From assembly GCF_006345805.1 (NCBI RefSeq), contig NW_021835713.1:1-38936 (forward strand): a stretch of 38,936 bases of DNA. Direction: 5' to 3'. Below, one piece after another: positions 21,484 through 33,225 of this stretch. The notes beneath the pieces are model-generated. The model worked only from the letters and a program-made list of their open reading frames with translations, was not told the origin of the DNA and made no database searches. The DNA comes from Octopus sinensis (Eukaryota). Each line of letters starts with the position of its first letter. Position 1 is the first letter of the stretch. The position numbers were made by a program, and so were the translations under genes.

Positions 21484-21824
21484 AAATGTATGCAAATATG
21501 AGTACCTCTGTGTGTTTTCCAAGTTCGTAAGCTACCGTTTCGCAACATGGATTCTTTAACTATACAAAGAAGCGCATCGTTTCTAGAACAAAATTATGGC
21601 TTCCGTGACTTTTTGAGATATTTTTTTGAAAGAGGAATCATTGCAAGAATGCAACTCTTTTGTGGGAATCACCATTCCTGGACCAGCAAAAATTCACAGA
21701 TAAATTATTTTGAAATAATTTATCTAAAATATAACGAAGTCACGTGATTGTGTGTAGGTCTAAGTACTAATAAACTCGAGTGAACATACCAATGCTTCTA
21801 TCTATCCATTTATTTATATCTTTG

Positions 21825-21858
<34 letters not shown>

Positions 21859-21875
21859 TATATCAGTCTGTCTTG

Positions 21876-21927
<52 letters not shown>

Positions 21928-22071
21928 TTATCTATCTATCTATCTACCTATCTATTTATCTATATGGGTGTGTATGTATTAAACAAATAGGTAGATAGAC
22001 AGACAACAGACAGATAGATAGATAGATAGATAGATAAATAGATGGATAGATAGATAGATAGTTATATATAG

Positions 22072-22119
<48 letters not shown>

Positions 22120-22128
22120 GATAGATAG
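21876..22128. repeat. (TATC)n followed by (GATA)n: inverted microsatellite pair
   Basis: (TATC)n about 21876-21962 and (GATA)n about 21990-22128 on the same strand. Confidence 0.92.
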
Positions 22129-22429
22129 AAATTCGCCTGTAGTTATAACCATCCGAGTGTTTTACGGTGATTTCCCCATTTTAACAACAACAACAACAAT
22201 AACAACAACAAGAAAGCAAACGGCAAACAAAAGCGATAGTTATTGCCTGTCGTCTACCTTGATTGCACCTGACTACTATTAATTAAACATCCTAATTAGT
22301 GTGATTTGTGAATTCAAAAGGTGAGTATGTGTGAGGGTTTGGGTTGCGGTGCTATGAGGAGACTCTCTTTAACGTGATTAAAGATTTAAAGTGAAGTCAT
22401 TCAAAGATAGCTATTTGACATTTGTGTTC

Positions 22430-22666
22430 GTTGTAGGAGTTGTAGTTGTTATTGTTGTAGTCAGTGTTGTCGGTTTGGTGCCGTGGCCGTTGTTGTTGTT
22501 GTTGTTGTTGTTGTTACTGTTGTTTTTGCTGTAGTTGTAGTTAAAATTTGGCAGGTTTTTTAATAGTAGTAGCGGTGGTGGTGCTGATAGTAGCATTAGT
22601 AATAGGAGTAGTAGTGGAAGTAGCTTTGGTGGTGGTGGTAGTAGTGGTGGTGGTAGTAGTAGTACC

Positions 22667-22697
<31 letters not shown>

Positions 22698-23060
22698 TAT
22701 TATTATTATTATTATTATTAATCATTATTATTATCATTATTATTTTTATCATTATTATTAGTATTATTATTATCATTATTTTTATCATTATTATTATTAT
22801 TATTATTATATTATTATTATTATTATTATTAGTAGTAGTAGTAGTAGTAGTAGTTATTGTTGTAGTTGTGGTTGGTTGCTGAAGTTGTTTCTGTTTTAAT
22901 TGTTGCTATTATTTGTCGTCAATATTTTATTTATGACTGTAGAAGCGGTTATTGTTGCTCTTATTGTTATCAGCACTACTACAGTTGTTGTTGTTGTTGT
23001 TGATGCTGCTGCTGTCACTGCTGCTGTTGCTTTGTCTGTTGTTTCTGTTGTTGTTATTTA
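22430..23060. repeat. (GTT/GTA/GGT/ATT) trinucleotide low-complexity block
   Basis: Direct inspection. Confidence 0.92.
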
Positions 23061-23169
23061 GATGCTAACTTTCACACACGATTTCATATAATTGCAAAGT
23101 CATTTGCGATGAAAAATAAAAGGTAAGAATTTTCTCGAATACGTCCTTCCATAGATTACGCATTCCTTA

Positions 23170-23402
23170 ATATTGATTTCAAATTTTGGCCCAAGTCCAG
23201 CAATTACAGGGAGACAGGAGACGGGAGGTGGGTAAGTCGAATACATCGACCCCAATGCACAACTGGTACCTATTTTATCGACCTTGAAAGGATTAAAGGC
23301 AAAGTCGGCCTCGGTAGAATTTGAACTCAGAACGTAAGCACGGACGAAATGCCACTAAGCATTTTACTCGGTGTATTAACTATTCTGTTGGTTCACCTGC
23401 TT
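23170..23402 (-). mobile_element. SINE family B
   Basis: AAAGGCAAAGTCGGCCTCGGTAGAATTTGAACTCAGAACGTAA and the tail ATTGATTTCAAATTTTGGC. Confidence 0.85.
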
Positions 23403-23996
23403 ATGCATTTCTTAGTATTGCAGCCATGTTTGGAAGCAGTAACCAATGCAGAAGTCATTGGGAAGAAAAAAAAACTTTTATGTGAGTTTTTATATAACTC
23501 AGAAAATTAGAAAATTACTATTTTAAAATATTCAGCAACAGTACTTTGTAGTAAAGATTGTTTGCCATCATAACATGGCAGTCCTGGCTTAGGACGAATG
23601 TTGCTGTAATTTAGCCTCAGGAGATATCGTCTCCTGCTGGCTATTTTCGAACAAGGGTACCTAGCACCCCCACTCAGCTAAAAGCAATATCTATGTATCG
23701 CGATTTCCTGACAAAACATTACTATTGACAATATCACTATTTTCAAATATAAGAAAACATATAGACTTAAAATTGAAGTTATAAAAGATGATAACAACGC
23801 TGAGAGAGCATTAAATATATAAATAATAATGAAAAAGACACCGAAACTTTATCCTAGAAATACTATTTTAGTTTTGATATTTCGAGTAAAAACTCCTTTT
23901 ACGAACGCTTTAAATAGCTTGAGAGATATGGAGACATTCATCAATGATTAAACCAATCAGCGGCATTCTTATATAACAGGTTTATTAAGGAATATA

Positions 23997-24340
23997 GTGA
24001 AGGCGCATGGCTCAGTGGTTAGGGCGTCGAGCTTACGATCATGAGGTTGTGAGTTCGATTCCCGGACCGGGCTGCATGTTGTGTTCTTGAATAAAAACAC
24101 TTTATTTCACGTTGCTCCAGTTCACTCAGCTGTAGAAATGAGTTGCGACGTCACTGGTGCCAAGCTGTATTGGCCCCTTTGCCTTTCCCTTGGATAACAC
24201 TGGTGGTGCGGAGAGGGGAGGCCGGTATGCATGGGTGACTGCTGGTCTTCCATAAAAACAACCTTGCCCAGACTTGTGCCTGGAAGGGTAACTTTCTAGG
24301 TGCAATCCCATGGTCAGTCATGACCAGAGGGGGTCTCAGC
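23997..24340 (+). mobile_element. SINE family C (tRNA-derived), full length with TSD
   Basis: A-box TGGCTCAGTGG, B-box GAGTTCGATTCCC; 10-bp TSD AAGGAATATA at 23987-96 and 24341-50. Confidence 0.92.
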
Positions 24341-25831
24341 AAGGAATATAAATCCAGTTAATAATTCGAAGCATAATTGTGCCTTATTGGCAAAATTGAT
24401 TTTCGAACATATTGCTACCTAATCAACATATTTAACTGGACATTGAACTGGTTGCTTTTGCAAGTAAAGACGACTGTATACAAAATGTCATTGCACTAAG
24501 TTTGATCCGTGCGCCATTTACAAAACTTGCATTTCATTTACGAATGTTAAATGAAAAAAAAAAACACGGAAAAAAAACCGAAAGCAAAAAAACAAATAAG
24601 CTTATTTCGACTTGCCAACACATGATGAAATTCTTCTGTGAGAATTTCAAAGACATGCATCAGGAGATTGCTGTTGAACATGCATCTCCTGGTGCATGCC
24701 TGCAATCGTCGATCAACAGCGGTTTCTTTATTTACAGCTATTACTAATTATGTATGGCCAACGGAACGAACGAAACTGCAGTTTGAAAAGCTATCCCTGT
24801 TTTACTTAACGTAAATTAACGCACGCACAACACGGATTTGAGTGAGTGTGTCTGTGTGTGTGTGTGTGTGTTAATAAAAGGCATTAAAGGAGCCAAGACC
24901 ATTCAGAATACCGTAGGGATGATCGACTGCCTCGACACAGCACTACCACCACCTCCACTATTCATCCCCCCACTGTATGTCATCAATTGTCCGGCAAATG
25001 ACTTAGTATTTCCACCAGGAAGGAATTGTTAAATGTATGACTGGTGAGGGCGAATGGCTTGTTGTTAACCTTTCTGAAAAGAGCGAGAGAAAGAGAAAGA
25101 AAAAAAAATGAGCGGAAAAAAAAGGAAATAAAAAAGTTAAGTAGTAATGGAGATAAAGAGATGAACGAAATAAAAAACTACAAAAGTAATAGATTATAGT
25201 TATAAATGACGAATAAACGTGAAGTGTTATTTTACAATATTGTTGAGTCGAGTTCATAAAACAGACCGAAACATATTCACTAATAAAACGCCGAACAGTT
25301 CTGGACAATTAAAATCTTTCAGGAACATAAGAACAAAAACTATAACAAGAACAACAAGAACTACATTTAACTGCATTAACACCAACAGTAACAGCAACAA
25401 CAACAACGACAATAGCAATAAGCTTAACATGGGTAACTAAAAAGAAACAACAAAGGCAGAAGACATCAATAAAACTAAAAAGAATACAAGAACAAAAAAA
25501 GAAAAGAAGGGAGATAAATTGAAGAGTGATAATAGAATTACTCAGCTACACAGAAGACCCGTTAAATACCTTACCTGTTTGATTTTTTATTAACGCATTT
25601 ATATATTCTCGTTTATTTTGTGGAGTGAGAGAAGGGCAGCGAAGGGCTTCGTCTTGGTGCTGATAGATTATTATTATTGAAACACATTAAATACCTTATG
25701 TCTTTCTTTTTCTTTCCTTTTTTTGCTAACTTTACGTTCTGAGTTCAAATCACGCCAAGTTCGATTTTGCTTATTACACTTATTGGCTATAACTATCATG
25801 GAATGTACAGGAAATGGTGCATATATTAGAC

Positions 25832-26050
25832 CAGTTGTTTTCAACCAGGGTTCCGCGGAACCTTAGGGTTCTGCCAGTAGAGTCTAGGGATTCCGCAAGA
25901 AGTTACAAAACTGCTAAAATCGGCAGTAATCTTTAATTCTCCTGTGCAGATTTGTGTGCATAAGACGATTAAATTATTGCACAGAGGTTCCTCGAGCCAG
26001 TGGAATGTTTCCTTGGGGTTCCGCTCCAGCAAAAAGTTTGAAAAGCACTG
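25832..26050. mobile_element. hAT-type MITE (219 bp)
   Basis: TIRs CAGTTGTTTTCAACC / GTTTGAAAAGCACTG (12/15 match); perfect 8-bp TSD TATTAGAC (25824-31, 26051-58); subterminal GGTTCCGC motifs at both ends. Confidence 0.92.
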
Positions 26051-26061
26051 TATTAGACATA

Positions 26062-26283
26062 TATATTGGTTTCAAATTATTGAACAAGGCGGGCTATTTG
26101 GGGGGCAGGGTAAGTCGGTTACATTGACCCTTGTGCTCAAATAGTACTTTATTTTCTCGACCCCGAAAGGGTCGATCGGCAAAGCCGACCACGGGTGAAT
26201 TTGAGATCCGAACGTAAAGACGAACGAAATGCTGTTAAGCATTTTGCCCGATGAGCTAAGCTTTCCTCCAGTTCAGCGCCTTA
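26062..26283 (-). mobile_element. SINE family B, degenerate
   Basis: CGACCCCGAAAGG...GAATTTGAGATCCGAACGTAAAGACGAACGAAATGC...CAGTTCAGCGCCTTA. Confidence 0.8.
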
Positions 26284-26305
26284 TATATTATTATATTTGA
26301 CATCT

Positions 26306-26492
26306 GTTGATTTCACATTTAGGTACAAGGTCAGCAATTTCGTGGGAGGCTGTAAGTCGACTACATTAATCCTAGTGCTCAACTGGCACTTGTTTTATTG
26401 GTCTGAAAGAATGAAAAAGTAAAGCTGATCATGGCAGAATTTGAACACAGAACGTAATGACAAACGAAATGCCGTTAACCATTTTGTCGGTC
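26306..26492 (-). mobile_element. SINE family B, degenerate, adjacent to the previous copy
   Basis: GTAAGTCGACTACAT...GGCAGAATTTGAACACAGAACGTAATGACAAACGAAATGCCG. Confidence 0.75.
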
Positions 26493-26941
26493 ATTTTAAA
26501 ACAGTTAAAAGTTTGTGATAAAATGTGTGTCGATATTGGTTTAGGGCCAACGAGCAATGTTGTAGATGTGTGTATATGTGTAAGCAAGAGTGTATATGAG
26601 ATGTGACTTTATATATACACATAAACACAGAAGTATAGATATACACGCTCAAAACTTTGGACATTTTATACGGAGTTCATATTTATACAAGTGTTTGTAC
26701 GTGAACTCCTGTTCGCATATATGTGTGCCTTGCTATTGTGTGTGTGTGTGTGTGTGTATGTGTGTGTGTGTGTATGTGTTTGTGTGTATGTATGTATGTA
26801 TGTATGTGCGTGAGTCTGTGAAATGAATTTCTGAGTGTGTCATAGTAGAAAACATTAAGATAGAGATAGTATAGTAATGATAACGAAGACAGGTGTCTAT
26901 ACATGTATTTACAGACACACACTTTTATAAACGTATATATA

Positions 26942-26979
<38 letters not shown>

Positions 26980-27831
26980 GCATACATACATATGTATGTA
27001 TGTGTGTATGTATATACATATATGTTTGTGTATATACATGTATATATACATATACAAGTACATACATACATATACAAGCATATAAGCAAACATACACACA
27101 CACTTACACACGTATATTGAAGGGTCTCTCTCCCCCTCTCTTTATATGTACATATATACATATATGTGTGTGTGTCTATGTATATATATATATATATATA
27201 CAGGCACCCTTCAAAAACTGTCCATAGAAACAAAAGTGTAGGCAATAGCTCGCATGAGTGAGTCTATTCTTATCCTGTCTTATAAGGCGTCAATCCGTCT
27301 CCATGTACCATGTCTAATCTACGCAGGTATATATATGTATGTATATATATGTATATATATATATATGCCATACACGATCAGCATACCTCACACAAACACA
27401 CACATGTGCATACCACAGATACACGCACAAGCACATCATCACCATCACGCACCGCATACACACACGTACACATTCATACGGATCCCTTCACAAACGTAGA
27501 CATATTCAGAGCAACTTATCTCCCGACATTTCTCTCTACCCACCGCACTTATCTTACTCGTAGAATCCTTACCTACACTTTCACCTCCCGCATCTACCCG
27601 CCAAGTCAACGGGAGAGCCCCCACACCAGGCATGGGTCACCTTTTTTTGGGGAAAGCGGACCGCACTCCTAGTCACAGTTTCAGGTAATTTTTCGTTAGC
27701 TGTGCTACTCAGAAAAGGCCATGAGCTTCAGTTTACTCATCTCATCACTGATCTACTTGATCGCTTGACCGGCAAGAAATAACAACCAAATCTCCCCCAG
27801 ATCAACTAATCACGTATGTCATATATATATA

Positions 27832-27884
<53 letters not shown>

Positions 27885-27907
27885 CACATACATACACTCC
27901 CACTGCC

Positions 27908-27939
<32 letters not shown>

Positions 27940-28021
27940 ATGTATATATATATACACATGTATATTTATATATATCTTCATATACATATACATACATACG
28001 CACACGTACATACATATATAT

Positions 28022-28178
28022 GCGACGAGCTTCCGCACAGTTTTCGTCTACCAAATTTACTCATAAGGCATTGGTTGACTTGTGGTTATAGTAGACCACA
28101 GTTGCCAAAGGAGGCGGAAACAAACCAACACCGGTTATCAAGCAACGGCAAGATGAGGTCAAACACAAAGACACACCG
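28022..28178 (-). mobile_element. SINE family A, rearranged fragment
   Basis: TTCGTCTACCAAATTTACTCATAAGGCATTGGT...TATAGTAG joined to AACACCGGTTATCAAGC. Confidence 0.6.
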
Positions 28179-28414
28179 AAACATTGCATAATGTATATCT
28201 AGACATCACTATAACAAACATGATGGTCAGTCATGGTTGGAATGTATATGAGCATAGTCTTCATCTGGGATAACACGAATTAAATAAAGTAACTACATGA
28301 ACCTCGATAGAAGGTTGCTTGTATCTCTGTCTGAAATGACCTTTGAACCCGTTATATATTTATTGATGTCTATCGTTGAAGGATATATTGATTTCAGGAA
28401 GAATATTGTCCATT

Positions 28415-28620
28415 GTGGGTGGTGGGCATGGTTAGAGGGTTGGTCTCATGATTCTAAGATTGTGGTTTCGATTGCTTGTACCGCACGATGTGTTGTGTAT
28501 TTGAGCAAAACACTTCATTTCACGTCGCTCTTTTGCACTCACCTGTTAAAAGTGAGTAACTGTGTGACGGATCAGCGTCCCGTCCAGGGAGGTAGTATAA
28601 ACACCTTGGAAACCGGCCAC
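28415..28620 (+). mobile_element. SINE, family C-related, degenerate
   Basis: tRNA-like head (GGTTTCGATTGC), then GTTGTGTATTTGAGCAAAACACTTCATTTCACGT as in 23997-24340; different 3' part (GCGTCCCGTCCAGGG). Confidence 0.7.
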
Positions 28621-28893
28621 TCTACCCCTTACGGAATAATGTGGACTAATCATGGTCGATCTTACATGAATGATACTTCACTTTATCCGACCCGGAAAGA
28701 TGAAATGTAGACTTGATTTCAGTAAGATTTGAACATAAAATGTCGTAACAAAAATACCGATTCGTCCTATCTCTACTGTTCACTGCTTGCAACATTTGTA
28801 CTGAACAGATACACGTGGAAATGGAACAAGTACCTATATCGACGCCCCCAAAATTCCAAGCATCTCTTCTAGTTAACGAGGGAATATCTACGT

Positions 28894-28989
28894 CAGTGCT
28901 TCTCAACCATTTTTTGCCTTATGACCCCTTGGATTCCCATTTTATTCGGGTGGGCCATCATAACCATTCGATGTTTAAAAATTCCTATC
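28894..28989. mobile_element. hAT-type MITE, one end only (same family as 10428-10911)
   Basis: CAGTGCTTCTCAACCATTTTTTGCC...GACCCCTTGGATTCCCATTT...TGTTTAAAA. Confidence 0.75.
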
Positions 28990-28994
28990 ATACA

Positions 28995-29103
28995 GGCGCA
29001 GGCATGGCTGAGTGGTAAGAAGCTTGTTTCTCAACGACAAGGTCCCAGGGTCAGACCCACTGCGTGACACCTTGAGCAAGTGTCTTTCGCTGTAGCCTCG
29101 GTA
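28995..29103 (+). mobile_element. SINE family A, 5' fragment
   Basis: GGCGCAGGCATGGCTGAGTGGTAAGAAGCTTG...CACCTTGAGCAAGTGTCTT. Confidence 0.8.
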
Positions 29104-29109
29104 CAAAAC

Positions 29110-29656
29110 GATGATTTTCATGATGATTTTGATGATTATGACGATCATGACGATGAGGATGATGGTGATGATGATGATGATGACAACGACGATGACGATG
29201 ATGATAATGATGAGGATGAAGAGGCTGATGATGGTGGTGCTGCTGGCGGTGGTGTTGATAACTAGAGCAATCATACACTCCATCCCAAGCGACCAATCAC
29301 CAACACCAGCTGACCATCGCCACCACCACCACCACAACCACCACCACCACCACCACCACCATCTAATACTACAGAACACTGTCACCATTAATCTTTTCCT
29401 CACCACCAACTCCACCAACTTCTCACGACCCAACACCACTACCTCCACCACCCATCGTCCTTGACCACCATCCATCAAGACCCCTTCTTGTACCGATTGA
29501 ATGTTTAAAAAAAACTCCCCCAGGTCTGACTGGTCTAGTGGACAGTGGTCAGTCAATCATTGCATGGAGGTGAATTCACTCAAACATTTACACCGTCCAG
29601 CGGGGAGTGGGTGGAGGAGAAAAATTTCTTGGGCGGAGATGAAGGAAGAGAAGAAA

Positions 29657-29706
<50 letters not shown>

Positions 29707-29715
29707 ATGGTGGTG

Positions 29716-29760
<45 letters not shown>

Positions 29761-29830
29761 ATAGTGGTGGTGGTGGTGGTGGTGATGGTAGTAGTAGTAG
29801 TAGAAGAAGAAGAAGCGAAGGAGGAAGAAA
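29110..29830. repeat. (GAT)/(CAC)/(GTA)/(GGT) trinucleotide blocks
   Basis: Blocks at about 29110-29460 and 29650-29830. Confidence 0.9.
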
Positions 29831-30064
29831 AAGAAGAGTGTGCATGAGAGAAATATTGAACAGTACCTAACCCATGTTAAAATATGTGTCGTTTTTATTT
29901 AAAAGTCAAATGTTTTATTTTTTACCCCAAATCAATCCTAATTTGGAGGTAAATCTTACAACAGAAGTTGTTCCAGCCCAGTCCAATATCTTTATATTCT
30001 TAGGTACTGCGTATCTAGAGCTACACTAATTTTGTTTTATGGATAATTAAAAAGTATTCAGTTG

Positions 30065-30142
30065 TTGATGAAAACCTAAGCAGAAGAGTGATTAAAACTA
30101 GTACAGCTTTAATCACTCTTTTGCTAAGTCGTATACATCTGT
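30065..30142 (+). ncRNA. Degenerate hammerhead-like motif around an 18-bp hairpin
   Basis: TTGATGA (30065-71), arms AGCAGAAGAGTGATTAAA (30079-96) / TTTAATCACTCTTTTGCT (30108-25, one G.U), then GTATACATCTGT where GAAACAGCTGT would be expected. Confidence 0.35.
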
Positions 30143-30535
30143 GTGTTTAATACAGTCTTGGCTATATTTTAAAGTTATATTCTGAAGCAGGCATCAGTAA
30201 TCTATAAAACGAACTGGCTGCGAAGAATGCGTTACATATGCAAATCAGTCTATCCGATTTACGCAAACTCCTAAGTATAAACAGTATCTACGTGGACCGT
30301 GATGATATCCCAACAAAGGATTGAAACTAGAATAGCTGATTCGAATTTTATCATCACAAAATATTGTATAGCAGGATACAGCTCCCTACTACATGCAATG
30401 TTGGCTGAAAAAAAGTATAGATATTTTCTGTAGTACAGCATAGAAGATCCCCATCTTTTTCAAACGGCTGAGTGTAATCTATGTGGTATGTCATTCAGCT
30501 TGAGCAATCACTTTGGATGTATTCTTTGGATGTAT

Positions 30536-30578
<43 letters not shown>

Positions 30579-30580
<2 letters not shown>

Positions 30581-30761
30581 AATTACGGACTGAACACGAA
30601 AAGTGGACAGTCAAACATGCTAGATATAGACGTCAAATCGCCATTCTCCACAAAGATTATGTTCTCAAATCAAACTCAGCATAATCTTTGTGGAGAATGG
30701 CGATTTGACGTCTATATCTAGCATGTTGACTGTCCACTTTTCGTGTTCAGTCCTTAATTGG
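30579..30761. mobile_element. Fold-back MITE-like element in (TA)n
   Basis: 83/82-bp inverted arms (30579-661; 30680-761) differing by one substitution and one indel, 18-nt spacer, TA repeats on both sides. Confidence 0.85.
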
Positions 30762-31667
30762 TATATATAAATATTTTAATCTTCGGATTCTTTTTTAATA
30801 TGCTAGACCACTGGTTTTAATTGATAAATATCAATTTCTACCCTTAATTAATTTTTATATATATATATATATATTGCAGCACACTGAAGTACAATCATAG
30901 ATTGTACGGAATATCGGAAGCGTAATAAATTCGTTTGATTTTGCAAAAAAAAGAAAAGAAAACAAGAAAAGAAAAAAAGAACCAAAGATTGAAACGAAAT
31001 TGAAAAATAACTAAGACGAAGCAACTGATAATTTATTATAGAAAAAAAACTATTTTGCATTCATATCTTTGAAAGAGATGAAATTAGGAAACAGACAGAA
31101 ATAAAGAAAATTTACTTTGGGCAATATTATGAAACACAATAAAAGGTGATTGGGTAAATAAGACATTACGCAAATGTCGCGTATATTCCGCAGTAGACGT
31201 AGGCCTGTAGCTGTCGATAGTTTGGTGAGGCTTAATCAATGCTGAGATTTGTCTCATTCTTTCAGGGATATTTGCTTAATTAATATATTAATACCCATTA
31301 AGATCTTAATAATATGAATGTATGAGTGTGGGTGGTATATGACCCATACACACACACACAGACACACACAGATATATATACATATATACATACATATATG
31401 AATTATATATACATATTTATACATATATATACACATATATACATACATATATGTGTGTGTATATGCCTATATGTCAATATATATTTATGTATGTATACAC
31501 ATACACATACATACATTCATACAGGTGTGTATGCGTGTCTGTGTGTAATATTTATAAATTTGTGTTTATCAAACCGTATCGATGTTATTTGTATAATATC
31601 GTATTGTACCATTGTACTATTGGCAATCAAATCAGAGAAAAACAAGTTATTATTATTATTAGCTTTC

Positions 31668-31726
<59 letters not shown>

Positions 31727-31762
31727 ATTATTATTATTATTATTATCATCATTATTATTATT

Positions 31763-31975
31763 AAGGCGAAGAGTTGGTAGAATCGTTAGCACGGTGGGTA
31801 AAATGTTTAGCCGCATTTCGTTCGTCTTTACGTTCTGGCTTCAACTTCTGCCGTGGTTCACTTAGCTTTTCATCCTTTCGGGGTCGATAAAGTAAGTATC
31901 AGTGAAATACTGGAGTCGATGTAATCGACTAGTCTCCTTCCTGCAAATTTCAGGCCTTGTGCCTTTAGTAGAAAC
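31763..31975 (+). mobile_element. SINE family B inserted after (ATT)n
   Basis: AAGGCGAAGAGTTGGTAGAATCGTTAGC head; CTTTTCATCCTTTCGGGGTCGATAAA body; GCCTTTAGTAGAAA tail. Confidence 0.88.
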
Positions 31976-32211
31976 GTCTATTATTATTAGTTGTTGTAGT
32001 AGTAGTTACGGAAGGCACGCCTTTTTTTTTTGCTCATAAGTTTTTTGCTTTAATATTTGTTACCAAAATTTGTTCATTGTTTACTTCTTTATAAAACGTT
32101 TGTCAAAACCGCTACATTTACATAGGTCAGGTCTGTTTGGCTGTTTGTGCAAATTTGGGGACTCAAATCCAATAAGAAAATATACAATTTAATTTGAGAA
32201 AAGAAAATTTG

Positions 32212-33055
32212 GTAAACAAACATTGACATGGAGGAGAAAGGGGGCAGCTCTGATCGTGCGTTGTAAGACACGATGGAGCCCTCCACCTTCTCCCGGCATA
32301 TGGAAAGAAAGGTGAGCACCCACCAAGTTTGAAGTTCTGTGCATCATACAACCTCTATGATGACAACCAGCAGCACCAGCACCACCACCGGCAACAGCGA
32401 CATCACAGCTTCGAAATTGCCGAACACTAACTTGTGGATCCTTGTCGAAGGGATGATGACACGTGTAGGGCGGATCCGGTCATCAGCCGAGTCCGACGTG
32501 AGGATCATTCTGCCACGTTCCTTTGGCCGGGAAGGGAAGGCCGTTTTCATCTAATCTGTCCGGTGGGTGTAGCGAAAGAGATAATGCGGTGCACGATACT
32601 GAAATGACTGAAAGCAAACACTTCGTCCAAGTCCTCATCGACTTTTTCAAATTCCTCTTGAAAAGGAAAGTGAAGCTGGAAGGGCGAAGTGCTGCCCCGT
32701 CCCCCAATATTTTTGTTGATAGGTGGGTGAATGGGGTGGGGATGGCCCGTGGGAATAGGTCTACTTTGAACAAATGTTTCTAAGTCGGAGGAGTTGAGAA
32801 GGAATAAGGTGCCTGCCCGTCTGAGGTGCCCTCGGCAGACGGGGTGACCAGGATGTGTGGGTTTCCTTGGCTGGCCCTGAGTGGAACTCCCCGCTTTTGG
32901 AGAACCTTTTTGTTAAACATTTGTTGTTGGCTATTCTTGTTTTACTTTTATATACGAATTTTTGTGTTAAGCTCCACTTGTCCCTTGTGCAATTTTCTCC
33001 CTTTTTGTTCTGTGTTCGGTCCTAGTGGCCAATACAGAAAATATTATTATTATTG
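32212..33055 (+). mobile_element. Tx1/L1-clade LINE remnant (ORF2 C-terminus plus 3' UTR, preceded by a probable 5' end)
   Basis: Broken frames LW..VE...RVGRIRSS...PRSFGREGKAVFI / VAKEIMRCTILK*LK / LIDFFKFLLKRKVKLE...PNIFVDRWVNGVGMAR match my recollection of octopus Tx1-like ORF2 C-termini. Stop at 32783, T-rich 3' UTR, ends ...GGCCAATACAGAAAATA plus a (TAT)n/(GTT)n tail. Confidence 0.7.
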
Positions 33056-33168
33056 ATATTGTTGTTGTTGTTGTTGTTATTATTGCTGCTATCTGAAGAA
33101 GACGCTTAGCACCACTTACTTAAGACTTCACGCTTGAATACAAAATCACCAGAGACGTTGGCAATCGC

Positions 33169-33225
<57 letters not shown>

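Noticed and set aside
22143-22326. Strong + donor AAG|GTGAGT at 22321
   Set aside because: The upstream segment has stops in all three frames and a weak acceptor; a non-coding exon cannot be shown from sequence alone.
23997-24075. tRNA gene calls for the A/B-box-containing heads
   Set aside because: They do not form complete cloverleaves with acceptor stems and they continue into SINE bodies with TSDs; these are SINE heads.
25225-25277. GACCGAAACATATTC hammerhead-like 3' half
   Set aside because: No recognisable CUGANGA and no helix I.
25570-25580. Strong minus-strand donor CAG|GTAAGG
   Set aside because: No open, exon-like sequence or acceptor upstream.
27564-27684. Possible + exon bounded by TAG| and CAG|GTAATT
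   Set aside because: Two open frames, neither protein-like; no homology recognised.
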